Of a stretch of 64,000 nucleotides of DNA, positions 10,908-21,059 are shown in pieces. Under the pieces are notes generated by a model. It worked only from the letters and a program-made list of their open reading frames with translations, was not told the origin of the DNA and ran no database searches. The stretch spans positions 35,692 to 99,691 of the forward strand of contig CAVOWJ010000014.1 in assembly GCA_963700065.1 (NCBI GenBank), written 5' to 3'. Position 1 is the first letter of the stretch; each line of letters begins with the position of its first letter. The stretch is from an uncultured Acidobacteriota bacterium (GTDB lineage Bacteria > Acidobacteriota > Vicinamibacteria > Vicinamibacterales > JAKQTR01). Made by a program: the position numbers and the translations under genes.

Positions 10908-13358
10908 CTACTTCGCCAGATCTGCCTTCCTCGCGGCGTCGGCGCCGGCCTTGGCGGCGTCGGCCTTCACGGCCGCCCCCATCTCCGCGACGTCCACCGT
11001 CACCTTGAGGATCCTGCCGCTGAACTTGTTGTCGTAGGCCTTGTAGTCCTCCGTCACCGGCGTGGCATCGTCTTCTCCGACGTCGGCGGTCTCGTCGGCC
11101 GAGAAGATCATGGGCTGGGTGCGCTCAATCCGTCCCTCGGCCACTTTCTTGTCGTTCACATAGATCGTCGCCAGGCCGCCTTTGCCCACGCCGCCCCCGT
11201 CGTAGGCGAACTCGAGGCGGATCGTCGACTTGCCGGCCGGCACGGCCTGCGGCGACGCCACTGAGGTGCGTTGGAGGCCCAGGAAGTTGTAGACGTAGAT
11301 CGGCCTGCCGGCCTTCATGTAGAGGCTCCAGCCGCCGAAGCGCCCGCCCTGGGCGAGGATCACGCCGCTCGTGCCGCCTGCCGGGCTCTCCACGTCGGCG
11401 GTGATCGTCAGGGACCGGTTCTTCACATTGAGGAAGACGTTCTCGGACATCCCCTTCATGCCGGCGTGAAGGGTGAGCGACGTGCGGCCGCCCATCAGGT
11501 CCGGCCGTCCGGCCAGTGTGGCATTCACGCGTTCGACGCTGCGGTCGTCGATGGGCAGCACGCGGTGCTTCGCGGCCTCCTTCATGAACAGGTCCTGGAG
11601 CTCCTTCAGCTTCGCGGGGTTCTGAGCCGCCAGATCGTTCACCAGGCTGAAGTCGGTCCTCGTGTCGTACAGCTCCCACACGTCGTCCAGGAGCGGCCGA
11701 CGCGGCTGCGGCTCCCACGGCGCCTTGTGCACGGTGCCGGCGAACCACCCGTTGGCGTAGATACCGCGGTTGGCAAAGATCTCGAAGTACTGGACCTGGC
11801 GCCGGCTCTCGGCCTTGGCATCGTCGAACGCGTACATCATGCTGACGCCCTCGATGGGCGCCTGCACGGTCCCGTTCACGCTCTTCGGCTCGGGGAGGCT
11901 GGCGGCCTCGAGCACGGTCGGCGCCACGTCGATCACGTGGTGGAACTGCGAGCGCACCTCGCCCTTCGCCGCGACCCGCTTCGGCCAGTGCACGACCATG
12001 CCGTTGCGGGTGCCGCCGAAGTTCGATGCGACCTGCTTGGTCCACATGAACGGCGTGTCCCCTGCGACCGCCCAGCCCGCGGCCATGTGGGGGTACGTGG
12101 TCGGCCCGCCCCACTCGTCGTACTTCTGGAGCATGTCCGCCACGGTTTCCTGCACGCCGTTGAAGTAGGTCATCTCGCTGAACATGCCGTTCATGCCGCC
12201 CTCGGCGCTGGTCCCGTTGTCGCCGAGGATGTAGAAGACCAGCGTGTTGTCGAGCTGGCCCGTGGCGCCGATGGCGTCGATGAGCCGCCCGACCTCGGTG
12301 TCGGCGTACTCGCCGAAGCCCGCGTACACCTCCATCTGGCGCGCGAAGAGCTTCTTCTCGTCGGCCGAGAGCGCCGTCCAGTCCTTGATCGCCTCCGGCT
12401 TGGCGGCCAGCTTCGTTCCTGCGGGGACCACGCCGAGCCTGATCTGGCGGGCGAGGGTCTCCTCGCGCAGCGCGTCCCAGCCGCTGTCGAACCTGGCCTT
12501 GTACTTGGCGATCCAGGCCTTCGGCACGTGGTGCGGCGCGTGCGTGGCGCCAGGCGCGAAGTACATGAAGAACGGCTTGTCGGGCGTCAGCGCCTTCTGG
12601 AACTGCATCCAGGCAATCGCCTTGTCCGTCATGTCGGTCATGAAGTTGTAGTCCGGGTCGCGCGGCGTCTCGACCGGGTTCATGCCGTGATAGAGATACG
12701 GCGCCCACTGGTTCGTTTCGCCCCCGAAGAAGCCGTAGAACTCGTCGAACCCGGACCGCGTCGGCCAGCGGTCGGTCGGCCCGGATGGGCTGACCTCCCA
12801 GGGCGCCGTCTCGTGGTTCTTGCCGAAGAAGCCCGTGCTGTAGCCGTTCAACCGCAGCATCTCGGCGAGCGGCGCCACGTTGTTCGGGCGCTGGCCCGTG
12901 TTGCCCGGGAACGCGGTGGCCGTCTCGGTGATCCCGCCCATGTTGTTCATGTGGTGGTTGCGGCCGCTCAGCAGCGCCGTCCGGGTTGGCGAGCACACCG
13001 CCGTCGTGTGGAACTGGTTGAAGCGCAGCCCCTCCCGCGCCAGCCGCTCGGCGGTCGGCGTGTAGACGGGGCCGCCGAAGGCGCTCGGCATCCCGAAGCC
13101 CATGTCGTCGATGAGCACGATGAGGACGTTCGGCGCGCCAGCGGGCGCTTTCACCTCGAAGCGTGGCGGCGGCGTAACCTTGCGCGCGTCGAGTTCCGTG
13201 ACCGGCGGATACACGGGCTCCTGGATTGGCAGCACCGTGCGATCGGGCGCTCCTGTCCCCGCGGGAGCTGCGGGTACGGGAGGCTCCGGCTTGGCCTGGC
13301 AGCCCCAGGTGCCCGCTAGGGCCACTGTCAGTGCTGAGGCGATGAGTGCCTTACGCAT
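10908..13358 (-). CDS. Arylsulfatase (Cys-type, formylglycine-dependent), probable lipoprotein
   Basis: Motifs PNVLIVLIDDMG, CSPTRTALLSGR, GKNH and GDNG; N-terminal signal with WGC. Confidence 0.9.
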   Translation of the reverse strand: MRKALIASALTVALAGTWGCQAKPEPPVPAAPAGTGAPDRTVLPIQEPVYPPVTELDARKVTPPPRFEVKAPAGAPNVLIVLIDDMGFGMPSAFGGPVYTPTAERLAREGLRFNQFHTTAVCSPTRTALLSGRNHHMNNMGGITETATAFPGNTGQRPNNVAPLAEMLRLNGYSTGFFGKNHETAPWEVSPSGPTDRWPTRSGFDEFYGFFGGETNQWAPYLYHGMNPVETPRDPDYNFMTDMTDKAIAWMQFQKALTPDKPFFMYFAPGATHAPHHVPKAWIAKYKARFDSGWDALREETLARQIRLGVVPAGTKLAAKPEAIKDWTALSADEKKLFARQMEVYAGFGEYADTEVGRLIDAIGATGQLDNTLVFYILGDNGTSAEGGMNGMFSEMTYFNGVQETVADMLQKYDEWGGPTTYPHMAAGWAVAGDTPFMWTKQVASNFGGTRNGMVVHWPKRVAAKGEVRSQFHHVIDVAPTVLEAASLPEPKSVNGTVQAPIEGVSMMYAFDDAKAESRRQVQYFEIFANRGIYANGWFAGTVHKAPWEPQPRRPLLDDVWELYDTRTDFSLVNDLAAQNPAKLKELQDLFMKEAAKHRVLPIDDRSVERVNATLAGRPDLMGGRTSLTLHAGMKGMSENVFLNVKNRSLTITADVESPAGGTSGVILAQGGRFGGWSLYMKAGRPIYVYNFLGLQRTSVASPQAVPAGKSTIRLEFAYDGGGVGKGGLATIYVNDKKVAEGRIERTQPMIFSADETADVGEDDATPVTEDYKAYDNKFSGRILKVTVDVAEMGAAVKADAAKAGADAARKADLAK

Positions 13359-13586
13359 GAAGCGTCCTTTCGTCCTCGGTGGCCTGTCGATGCCGTCGCG
13401 ACGGCGGCGGGGCCAGCGTGCGTGTGTCGTGTCCCAATTGTGGCACATGCGACAGCGCGGCGGCCATCACCCCGGCGCCGCGCTGGATCACGCTGCCGGG
13501 CTGGGGTAGTGTGGTGCGATGAACACGCCACGCTGGCCCCGGCGGCAGGGCGTGGCTGGACCGACGCACGATCGGGAACCGCAGCG

Positions 13587-14897
13587 ATGAGTTTCGAGGC
13601 CCTCCTCTCGGCCACCAACGCCGCCGCGCGGGCCGAGGCATTCGCGGCGCTCATCCATGCCGTCCGCCCGCCCTCGGACCTTGACTGGAAGCGCGGCGCG
13701 CTCACCACGCTGCTCGACGCCGTCGAACAGCCGGGACCGGCACGGGAGCGCTTTGGCGCGGCCCTCTCCGCGCTGCTCGCCGAGACTGACGCGACGAACC
13801 TCATCGCGTGCGCCGGCATTCCTGGACACCGGGGGTTCTTCTCGGAGTTCGGAGACCGGCTTGCCAGCCGCCTACTTCCGTCGCCGGTCGACGAGCGCGA
13901 CCTGCGGGGGCTCGTGCACCGCCTCTATCGCACCGAGCACGCCGTTCGGGCGTTCGGCGGGCTGCCGCTGGACCTGTTCCACCGCGTGGCCGGCGCCTTC
14001 ACCCAGGCGCCGCCGCCGCTGCCGGAAGGCCTGCTGTAGGGCCTCAACTACGCCGTGAGCTTTCTGGCCCTGCAGCACCTGGGCCTGATCCTGGCCACCA
14101 AGCAGCCGGCCATGACGGCCGCCCGCCTGGCCGGGATCATCAGGGAGCGCGAAGGCGAGGACCGGGAGGACCGCATTGCCGACACGGCCGCGCAGCTGAC
14201 CAGTTCGCAGCTCGCCGCGGCCATCGCCAACGTCGCGGTGGTGGCCGCCGGCGCCGGCCTCTTCAGCTGGCTGTTCCTGACCCTGGCGGGGCGGCCGTTT
14301 CTCCCCGAGCAGGAGGCGCTCGAGACGCTTCGCGTGATGAGCCCCATCGATTCCTTCACGATCTGGTACGCGGGGCTGACCGGCGTGGTCCTCTGGCTGG
14401 CGAGCGTGGCGGGAGGCTGGTTCGACAACTGGGTCGTGTACCACCGGCTCGCCGACGGCCTGTCGCAGCGGCCGGCCGGCCCGGCGTGGGGCCGCCGGCT
14501 GCTGGCCAGGGCCGGCCGGGGGCTGTCGCGGCACGCCTCCGGATGGGGCACGAACGTGTCGCTCGGCTTCATGCTCGGCATGATGCCCGAGATCGGGCGG
14601 TTCACGGGCCTGCCGGCCGACGTGCGCCACGTCACGCTGAACACGGGCATCGTGGCGCTCGCGGCGGCCGGCGCCGGCGGGGAGGGCAGTGGGCTCGCCT
14701 GGCTCGTCCGGGCCATCGCCGGGATCGGCGTGATGTTCGTCCTGAACCTCTCGGTGAGCTTCGCCTGTTCGCTGTTCAGCGCCGCGCGGGCGTACGAACT
14801 GCCGGCCAGCGACGTGCGCGGGATCCTGAAGGAAATCGGGAAGCGCCTCGCCCGATCACCGCTCGTGTTCGTGCGCTGGCCCCGCACCTCCGCCTAG
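13587..14897 (+). pseudogene. Gcr-like 'site-specific recombinase' (SpecificRecomb-type membrane protein) with an in-frame TAG at 14037-14039 and a probable large internal deletion
   Basis: N-terminal GIPGHRGFFSEFGDRL and C-terminal GLNYAVSF...LATKQPAMTAA, NVSLGFMLGM and DVRHVTL are in one frame, split by TAG. Only about 436 codons in total. Confidence 0.7.
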
Positions 14898-14932
14898 CGC
14901 TCGCAGGGAGTTGCGCGGCGGCCGGCCGCCTT

Positions 14933-15039
14933 CTAGATAGGAAGCCGCGATTCGGGATCACCGCAGGACAGACCGGGGCCGGCTCGGGATCCGCCGGCCC
15001 CGGTCCTTCGGCGACTCAGAATCGCGGTCTTCTGTATAG
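14933..15039. mobile_element. MITE-like element, short (internally deleted) copy of the 1870-2149 family
   Basis: Ends CTAGATAGGAAGCCGCGATTC and GAATCGCGGTCTTCTGTATAG; ungapped similarity to both ends of 1870-2149; internal perfect 13-bp hairpin GACCGGGGCCGGC/GCCGGCCCCGGTC. Confidence 0.7.
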
Positions 15040-15078
15040 GATAGACAAGATACCCGCTTCACGAAAGGACCAGGAACC

Positions 15079-15894
15079 GTGACCCAGGAACTCGGAGCCC
15101 AGATCTCGGCGTTTGTCAGCACCTACATCGTGCCGTTCGGCTGGAAGCTGCTCGGCGCCCTCGCCGTGTGGATCGTCGGGGGATGGATCGTGCGCGGCGT
15201 GCGCACCGCCCTCGGCAAGTACCTGGTGTCGCGCCACGTCGACACCACGCTCATCCGCTATCTCGACGCGAGCGCCAACGTCCTGATGAAGGTCCTCGTC
15301 CTCATCGGCGTGCTCGGCGTGCTCGGCATCGAGACCACCTCGTTCGCGGCCTTGATCGCCGCGGTGGGCGTGGCGATCGGCGCCGCCTGGGCCGGCCTGC
15401 TCTCGAACTTCGCGGCGGGCATCTTCCTGATGGTCCTGCGGCCGTTCAAGGTGGGCGACTTCATCCAGGGCGGCGGCATGCTCGGCACGGTGCGCGAAAT
15501 CGGCCTGTTCGTGACGGCCATCGACACGCCCGACAACGTCCGCACGTTCGTCGGCAACGCGAAGCTGTTCTCGGACACGATCCAGAACTTCTCGACCAAC
15601 CCGTTCCGCCGCGTCGAACTGACGGCGCAGATCGCGCACGCCGTGACGCCGGCCGACGCCATCGCGAGGCTGCGCGATCGGGTCGCGAAGATCCCCCACG
15701 TGCTCGCCGACCCGGCGCCCAGCGTCGAAATCCTGACCTTCAACCCCATGGGCACCGTGATCGCCGTGCGGCCGTTCTGCCACACGGATCACTACTGGCA
15801 GGTTTACTTCGACACGAACAAGGCGATTGCGGACGTCGGCGCGGAAGCCAACTTCCCGGCCCCCGAGACGCGGCACCTCGTGCGGAATTCCTAG
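15079..15894 (+). CDS. mscS: Small-conductance mechanosensitive channel (MscS, short form)
   Basis: Motifs LSNFAAGIFLMVLRPFKVGDFI and GTVREIGLF. Confidence 0.85.
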   Translation: MTQELGAQISAFVSTYIVPFGWKLLGALAVWIVGGWIVRGVRTALGKYLVSRHVDTTLIRYLDASANVLMKVLVLIGVLGVLGIETTSFAALIAAVGVAIGAAWAGLLSNFAAGIFLMVLRPFKVGDFIQGGGMLGTVREIGLFVTAIDTPDNVRTFVGNAKLFSDTIQNFSTNPFRRVELTAQIAHAVTPADAIARLRDRVAKIPHVLADPAPSVEILTFNPMGTVIAVRPFCHTDHYWQVYFDTNKAIADVGAEANFPAPETRHLVRNS

Positions 15895-15913
15895 GTCACG
15901 ACCGGGCCCGGCC

Positions 15914-17145
15914 TCAGGCCGGGCCCATGGTCCAGCCGCGGCCGGCCAGTTCCTTCGAGGCGGCCGGAGACGCCTTCCCGGTGAGGACGATCGTGAGGCT
16001 CTTCGCGTCGAGCTCTTTGCGGGCCCGGGCGTCGATCTCACGCCAGGTGGCATCGGCTTCTGACGTCCAGCGCAGCCAGTCCACCGGGAGCAGGACCAAC
16101 GCCTGGCCGCGCGCCGTCACCCCCACCGTCGCGACGCTGTCCGCCAGCAGCGCCGTGAACGGCGCGTTCGCATGCCGCTGCTGGAGGAGTTCCGCGCTCT
16201 CCACGTGGAAGAGCGCTTCCCGCTCGTGGCGCGAATCCGCCGCCGCCGCGACGCGGTCGGCAGCTCCCCGGACCTTCACGGCATGGAGCGCGGCGACCAG
16301 TCTGGTCTCGTAGCTCAGCGTCATCGCGCTGTTGAGAAAGAGCGTCTTCGCCGTCGCGTCCGGCACGCCGAGCTCGCGAGCCGCTGCTCGTTGATCTTCC
16401 GCAGTTCCTCGGGATCCTTGCCCCAGACCATGCCGCTGACTGTTGCGGTCATGCCGACAAAGCCGGGGACCGGGAGCACGACCTTCGTGGCGATCGATCC
16501 CGCCGCGTCGATCTCAGCGATGCTGCTGAGCGCGTTCCGCAGCACGGCGTTGGTCGTATACGGATCGACGCCGAGCTTCTGCGCCCACCGCCGGTACGCC
16601 TTGTTCACGCCGAGGACGGCCTTGCCGGCCGAGACCGCGGCGTTGTCCCCTTGCGTCGACGCCTCGGCGGGATCGTCGTTCGTCGTCGAGTCGTACGCGC
16701 GCTTGCTCTGGCGGCCGAGATTGACCCCGAACCGCTTGACGCCGGAGCCGAGCCCCTTCGCCGTCTCCGTCGGAGCGGTCACCACGTTGGCCACGCCCTT
16801 GCCGAGGTTGAGGACGGAGTTCCCGGCGGCCGCGAGGAAGACTTCGGTCTTGGAGACCTCCTCCAACTGAGCCAGCGCCTCGACCTCCCGCAGCCGCACC
16901 GCCAGCAACGACCGCCCGGCGGCGTCGAACGCTCCGAAGTCGGATTGGACGTGAAACACGTGGTAGTAGCCCTCGGTCTGCACGCCGCTCGCGACGGTGT
17001 GGTGCGGTCCCTTGATCTGGGCCTGGTTCAGGAGTTGGACGGCCGTGAAGGTCGGCGGCGGTTCGTCGGCTGGCGCCGCAGCGAGACGGAGGCCGGCGGC
17101 ACCTGCGCCGGCGAGGAACAGGACTCCGATGAGCGCAGTCTTCAT
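15914..17145 (-). CDS. Secreted hypothetical protein; apparent frameshift near 16370
   Basis: Signal peptide MKTALIGVLFLAG...; WAQKLGVDPYTTN; the reading continues in the frame of ORF 15914..16366. Confidence 0.65.
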
Positions 17146-17219
17146 GGAACTCGTCATCCTCCCATTATCGCCGGAGCCCATGCTAACCTAGCCGGACTTC
17201 AGGAGTGCACGGGCCGCGG

Positions 17220-18714
17220 ATGTCATTCCACCTTGTCCCCGGGCGGTCGGCGGCCCTCGCACCGGCCATCCTGGCCATCGCGCTGGCCGTCGCGGGCCCC
17301 TCCTCCGCGCAGGGCCCCGCGCCGCCATCGGGCGGCTACACCCCTCCCGTATTCGGGACAATCGCGCCGCGGTTGCTCGAGAGCGTGCCCGTCAGCTCCG
17401 CCTCCGACGGCTCGAACCGCGCGTGCCCGGGGTGCCCGCCCAGGCGCCCGTTCTGGGCCATGGCCGAGGTCGTCGGGATCAACCTCCTCTACCAGGGCAT
17501 CAACCTGGCGTTCAAGCCGGAGGAAGAGAAGATCTACTACCGGACGTACCCGAAGATCTGGTGGAACAACATCAGCTACGGGTTCGAGTGGGACGACAAC
17601 ACGTTCATGATCAACCAGTGGGGCCACCCGCAACAGGGCGCCACTTACTTCTCGGCCGGCCGCGGCAACGGTCTGAGCTTCTGGGAATCCGCTCCGCTCG
17701 CGGCGCTCGGGGCGCTGACGTGGGAGTACCTCGCCGAACGGCACAAGCCGTCGTTCAACGACGTCATCATGACCACGCTCGGGGGCATCACCCTCGGGGA
17801 AGTGCTGCACAGAACGGCCTGGCTCCTCAGGGACACGACCGACACCGGACAGAGCCGGATGACCAGGGAGATCGTCGCCGCGGTGGTGGATCCCGTCACG
17901 GGAATCAACCGGTTCATCGATGGGGACGCGCTCAAGGTGGTGGAGAAGCCGGCCGTGTACGTGCCGTCGAACCTGGTCGCGGCGTTCGACGTCGGCGTGC
18001 TGTGGCGGGGAGAAAACCTGTCGTTCCTGGACGCCCAGGGCGAGCCGTTCCTGCAGGCCAACGTCGGCTACGGGACGCTCTCGAAGGGCCGGTCCACGCT
18101 GCCCTTCGATGCCTTCGGCGTCAGCCTGCGCATGGCGGGCGGCGGCAGCGCGATTTCCGAGCTTCGCGCACGCGGGAGGCTGTTTGGCGTGCCCCTGGGC
18201 CACGCGCGCGACACGTCCGCGCGCCACACCCTGCATTTCATGACGGCCCTGGGTTACGACTACGACAACAACTCCGCCTACCAGTTCGGCGGGCAGGACA
18301 TCTCGGGAGCCTTCACCAGCGAGTGGCGCTTCACACCCGAGTGGCGCCTCGTGACGAGCGCCAGCGGGGGGTTCCTCGTGCTCGGCGCGATAGACTCCCT
18401 GTACGTGGCCAGCCCTGACCGGCAGTACCGATTTCGGGCCCGGGCTCAGCTACGGCGGGAGCCTGGCGCTCATGAGGCGCGGGCATCCGTTCGTGCGAGC
18501 CACGTACAGCGCCGTATGGCTTCATACCGTCGACGGGGCGCAGGCGGACCATTGGACCCAGAACGTGCGCCTCGACCTCCTCGTGCCCGTCGCGAAGCGT
18601 CTCGGGATAGGAACGACGGGGGAGTTCATCCGCCGCAAGTCCTACTACGACACAGCCGACGACGTGCTGAACCGGTTTCCCCAGGTGCGGGTCTACCTCT
18701 CGTGGATGTACTGA
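17220..18714 (+). CDS. DUF3943-like outer-membrane protein; apparent frameshift near 18430
   Basis: Signal peptide; FEWDDNTFMINQWGHPQQGATYF...WEYLAERHKPSFND; C-terminus VRVYLSWMY lies in the shifted frame. Confidence 0.7.
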
Positions 18715-19349
18715 TGATGCTCACGGGCCTGCGGGGGTCGAAGGCGGTACTGGCCATCGCCGCGGCCCTGGTGATGGCCGCCGCAGACACCGCTGCCGCG
18801 CAGCAGGCGGCATCGACGCGGCCGGGCAGTTTCGTCCTGGGCCTGGGAGGCGGGTACGCCGCCACGAAAACGGACTGCGGCGACTGCGGGACGGGCGAAG
18901 ATGGGAGTGAGGGCGGCGACGGAGCCACCTACGACGACGTCGGCTTCGTCTCGCTCGCCGCGCTCTGGCGTGTGGACCCCAAAGCCGTCGCGGGCGCCGA
19001 GGTGCAGTTCGAGTCGTCCCGCGGGGACGCGCGAGTGCTCTATGTGATGGGCACCATCCGCTTTCACCCCTGGGCCTCGCGGGGGCTGTTCCTCGGGGCC
19101 GGCTTCGGCATGGTCCAGGTGAGATCGCGCCAGTCGAATCCGGACGGCTCGGACGGGACAGGCACCTACCGGGGCATCGGCCTTCAGTACGGCATCGGGT
19201 GGGAGTTCCTGAAGGACAAGGCGATCTCGCTCGCGCCGTACGGGGCCCACTACGTGTCGACGCTGAGCAGCGTGACGATCGGGGACACCGAGCGGGCGAA
19301 CGTGATTGGCAACGTCTGGGTGGCAGGCCTCCGCGTGTTCTTCAACTGA
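18714..19349 (+). CDS. Small outer-membrane beta-barrel protein with a CxxC loop
   Basis: TGATG coupling; signal peptide; amphipathic strands; ends AGLRVFFN. Confidence 0.65.
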   Translation: MMLTGLRGSKAVLAIAAALVMAAADTAAAQQAASTRPGSFVLGLGGGYAATKTDCGDCGTGEDGSEGGDGATYDDVGFVSLAALWRVDPKAVAGAEVQFESSRGDARVLYVMGTIRFHPWASRGLFLGAGFGMVQVRSRQSNPDGSDGTGTYRGIGLQYGIGWEFLKDKAISLAPYGAHYVSTLSSVTIGDTERANVIGNVWVAGLRVFFN

Positions 19350-19389
19350 CGCCAGCCGGCGTATACTCGCGCAGCATGCAGGTGCCGAT

Positions 19390-20970
19390 GTGACCACGCC
19401 CCCGCGACCGCCTGGCGCCCTCCGCGGGCTCGCCCGCGCGCTCCTCTCGTGGCGGACCGCGTCGGTCGCGCTGCTCTCGTTTTCCTCGGGGCTTCCCCTC
19501 GGCCTCGTCTGGTATTCCATCCCCGACTGGATGCGCAGCATCGGCGTGGACATCCGCATCGTCGGCCTGTTCACGCTGGCGCAGGCGCCGTGGGCGTTCA
19601 AGGTCCTGTGGTCGCCGCTGATGGACCGCTACGTGCCGCCGTTCTGGGGGCGGCGGCGCGGATGGATGGCGGTCACGCAGGTCGCCCTCGGCGTCCTCGG
19701 GCTCCTCTTCGCGGGCGTCGGGCGCCACCCCGATGCGCTCTGGGTGGTGGGCGCCCTCGCGCTCGCCGTCGCGCTCGCGTCGGCCTCCCAGGACATCGCG
19801 ATTGACGCGTACGCCGTCGAGGTCCTGCGCGAGGACGAGCAGGGTGCCGCCGTCGGCGCCCGCATCGCCCTGTACCGGGCCGCGCTCCTCGTGTCCGGCG
19901 GCGCGGCGATCACCGCGGCCGGGCGCCTGGGCTGGCCGGCCGTCAACCTCATCCTCGGCCTGATCTACCTGCCGATCCTCCTGATCACGTGGAAAGCGCC
20001 TGAGCCGGAACGGACGACGCTCGCGCCAACGAGCCTGCGCGACGCCGTCTGGCACCCGTTCCTCGGCTTCCTGGCGCGCCATCGCGCGCTGGAGATCCTG
20101 GCGTTCGTCTTCCTCTACAAGTTCGCCGACCAGCTCACGCAGGCGCTGACCAGGCCGTTCCTCATCGACATGGGGTACAACGCGGACCACCGGGGGATCG
20201 CGCTGGCCACGGTGGGCCTCGTCGCCACGATCGTCGGCGCGCTCCTCGGAGGCTGGATCACCACGCTCATCGGCCTCGGGCATTCGCTCTGGGTGTTCGG
20301 GGTCCTGCAGATCTTCTCGAACCTCGGCTACTATTTCGTGTCGCTCGCCGCCGGGCCCGTGCTGCCGCTGATGTACGGCGCGGCCGGATTCGAACTGCTG
20401 ACAGGGGGACTCGGCACCGGGGCCTTCTCGGTGCTGCTGCTGCGCATGACGCAGAAGCGGTTCTCGGCCACGCAGTACGCCTTGTTCTCGAGCCTCTTCG
20501 CCCTGCCCCGGCTGCTGGCAGGCCCGATCGCGGGCGTGGCGGTGGACGCGGCCGGGTGGTCGACGTTCTTCCTGTCGACGCTGGTCGTCGGGATTCCCGG
20601 GCTCGTGATGCTCGCGCGCTTCGCGCCGCTGGGGGTACGCGAGCCGACCTTCTCGGTCGAAGCGGTGACGCCTCGCGCGCCGCTCGGAGCCGCGCAGATC
20701 GCCCTCAGGGGGGCGATGGGAGGGCTCGTCGTCGGCGCGGCCGGGTTCGTCCTGGATGCCGCCCTCTTCGCGGTCAAGACGATGCGCGAGACCAAGGGGG
20801 CGTTCGATCTCTGGGCCGCGATGTGGCGCCTGGCGCACCCCGCTTCCATCACCGACTGGATGGAATTGGTCGGCGTCGCGGCGTTCGGCGTCATCAGCGG
20901 CCTGTTCGTCGCGGCCCTCACCGCCGCGCGCCGGGGCGAGGGCCGGAACCTGGCTGCCGCGCAGGAGTAA
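19390..20970 (+). CDS. ampG: AmpG-family muropeptide MFS transporter
   Basis: Motifs FSSGLPL, PWAFKVLWSPLMD, SASQDIAIDAY and SATQYALFSSL. Confidence 0.85.
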   Translation: MTTPPRPPGALRGLARALLSWRTASVALLSFSSGLPLGLVWYSIPDWMRSIGVDIRIVGLFTLAQAPWAFKVLWSPLMDRYVPPFWGRRRGWMAVTQVALGVLGLLFAGVGRHPDALWVVGALALAVALASASQDIAIDAYAVEVLREDEQGAAVGARIALYRAALLVSGGAAITAAGRLGWPAVNLILGLIYLPILLITWKAPEPERTTLAPTSLRDAVWHPFLGFLARHRALEILAFVFLYKFADQLTQALTRPFLIDMGYNADHRGIALATVGLVATIVGALLGGWITTLIGLGHSLWVFGVLQIFSNLGYYFVSLAAGPVLPLMYGAAGFELLTGGLGTGAFSVLLLRMTQKRFSATQYALFSSLFALPRLLAGPIAGVAVDAAGWSTFFLSTLVVGIPGLVMLARFAPLGVREPTFSVEAVTPRAPLGAAQIALRGAMGGLVVGAAGFVLDAALFAVKTMRETKGAFDLWAAMWRLAHPASITDWMELVGVAAFGVISGLFVAALTAARRGEGRNLAAAQE

Positions 20971-20997
20971 TCGAGGCGGAGCCCACCCCCGCCTCGA
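20971..20997 (+). terminator. GC-rich hairpin after ampG, no U-tract
   Basis: TCGAGGCGG-N9-CCGCCTCGA directly after the stop codon. Confidence 0.35.
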
Positions 20998-21059
20998 GCC
21001 CGCGCGGACTGCGCTATCATCCACTGCGGCAGTCCATGCGTGTCTTCCTGGGAGTTCCC

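Noticed and set aside
14037-14039. In-frame TAG as pyrrolysine or programmed readthrough
   Set aside because: No pyl genes or other in-frame ambers are seen, TAG is used as a normal stop throughout the window, and the gene also appears internally deleted.
13587-14897. The 'site-specific recombinase' as the integrase for the purL insertion or the MITEs
   Set aside because: It has no tyrosine/serine recombinase or DDE motifs; it is a hydrophobic, interrupted protein.
17205-19349. Apparent 714-aa double-barrel fusion
   Set aside because: A frameshift near 18430 explains it; the second gene has its own signal peptide and the first ends at 18714 in another frame.
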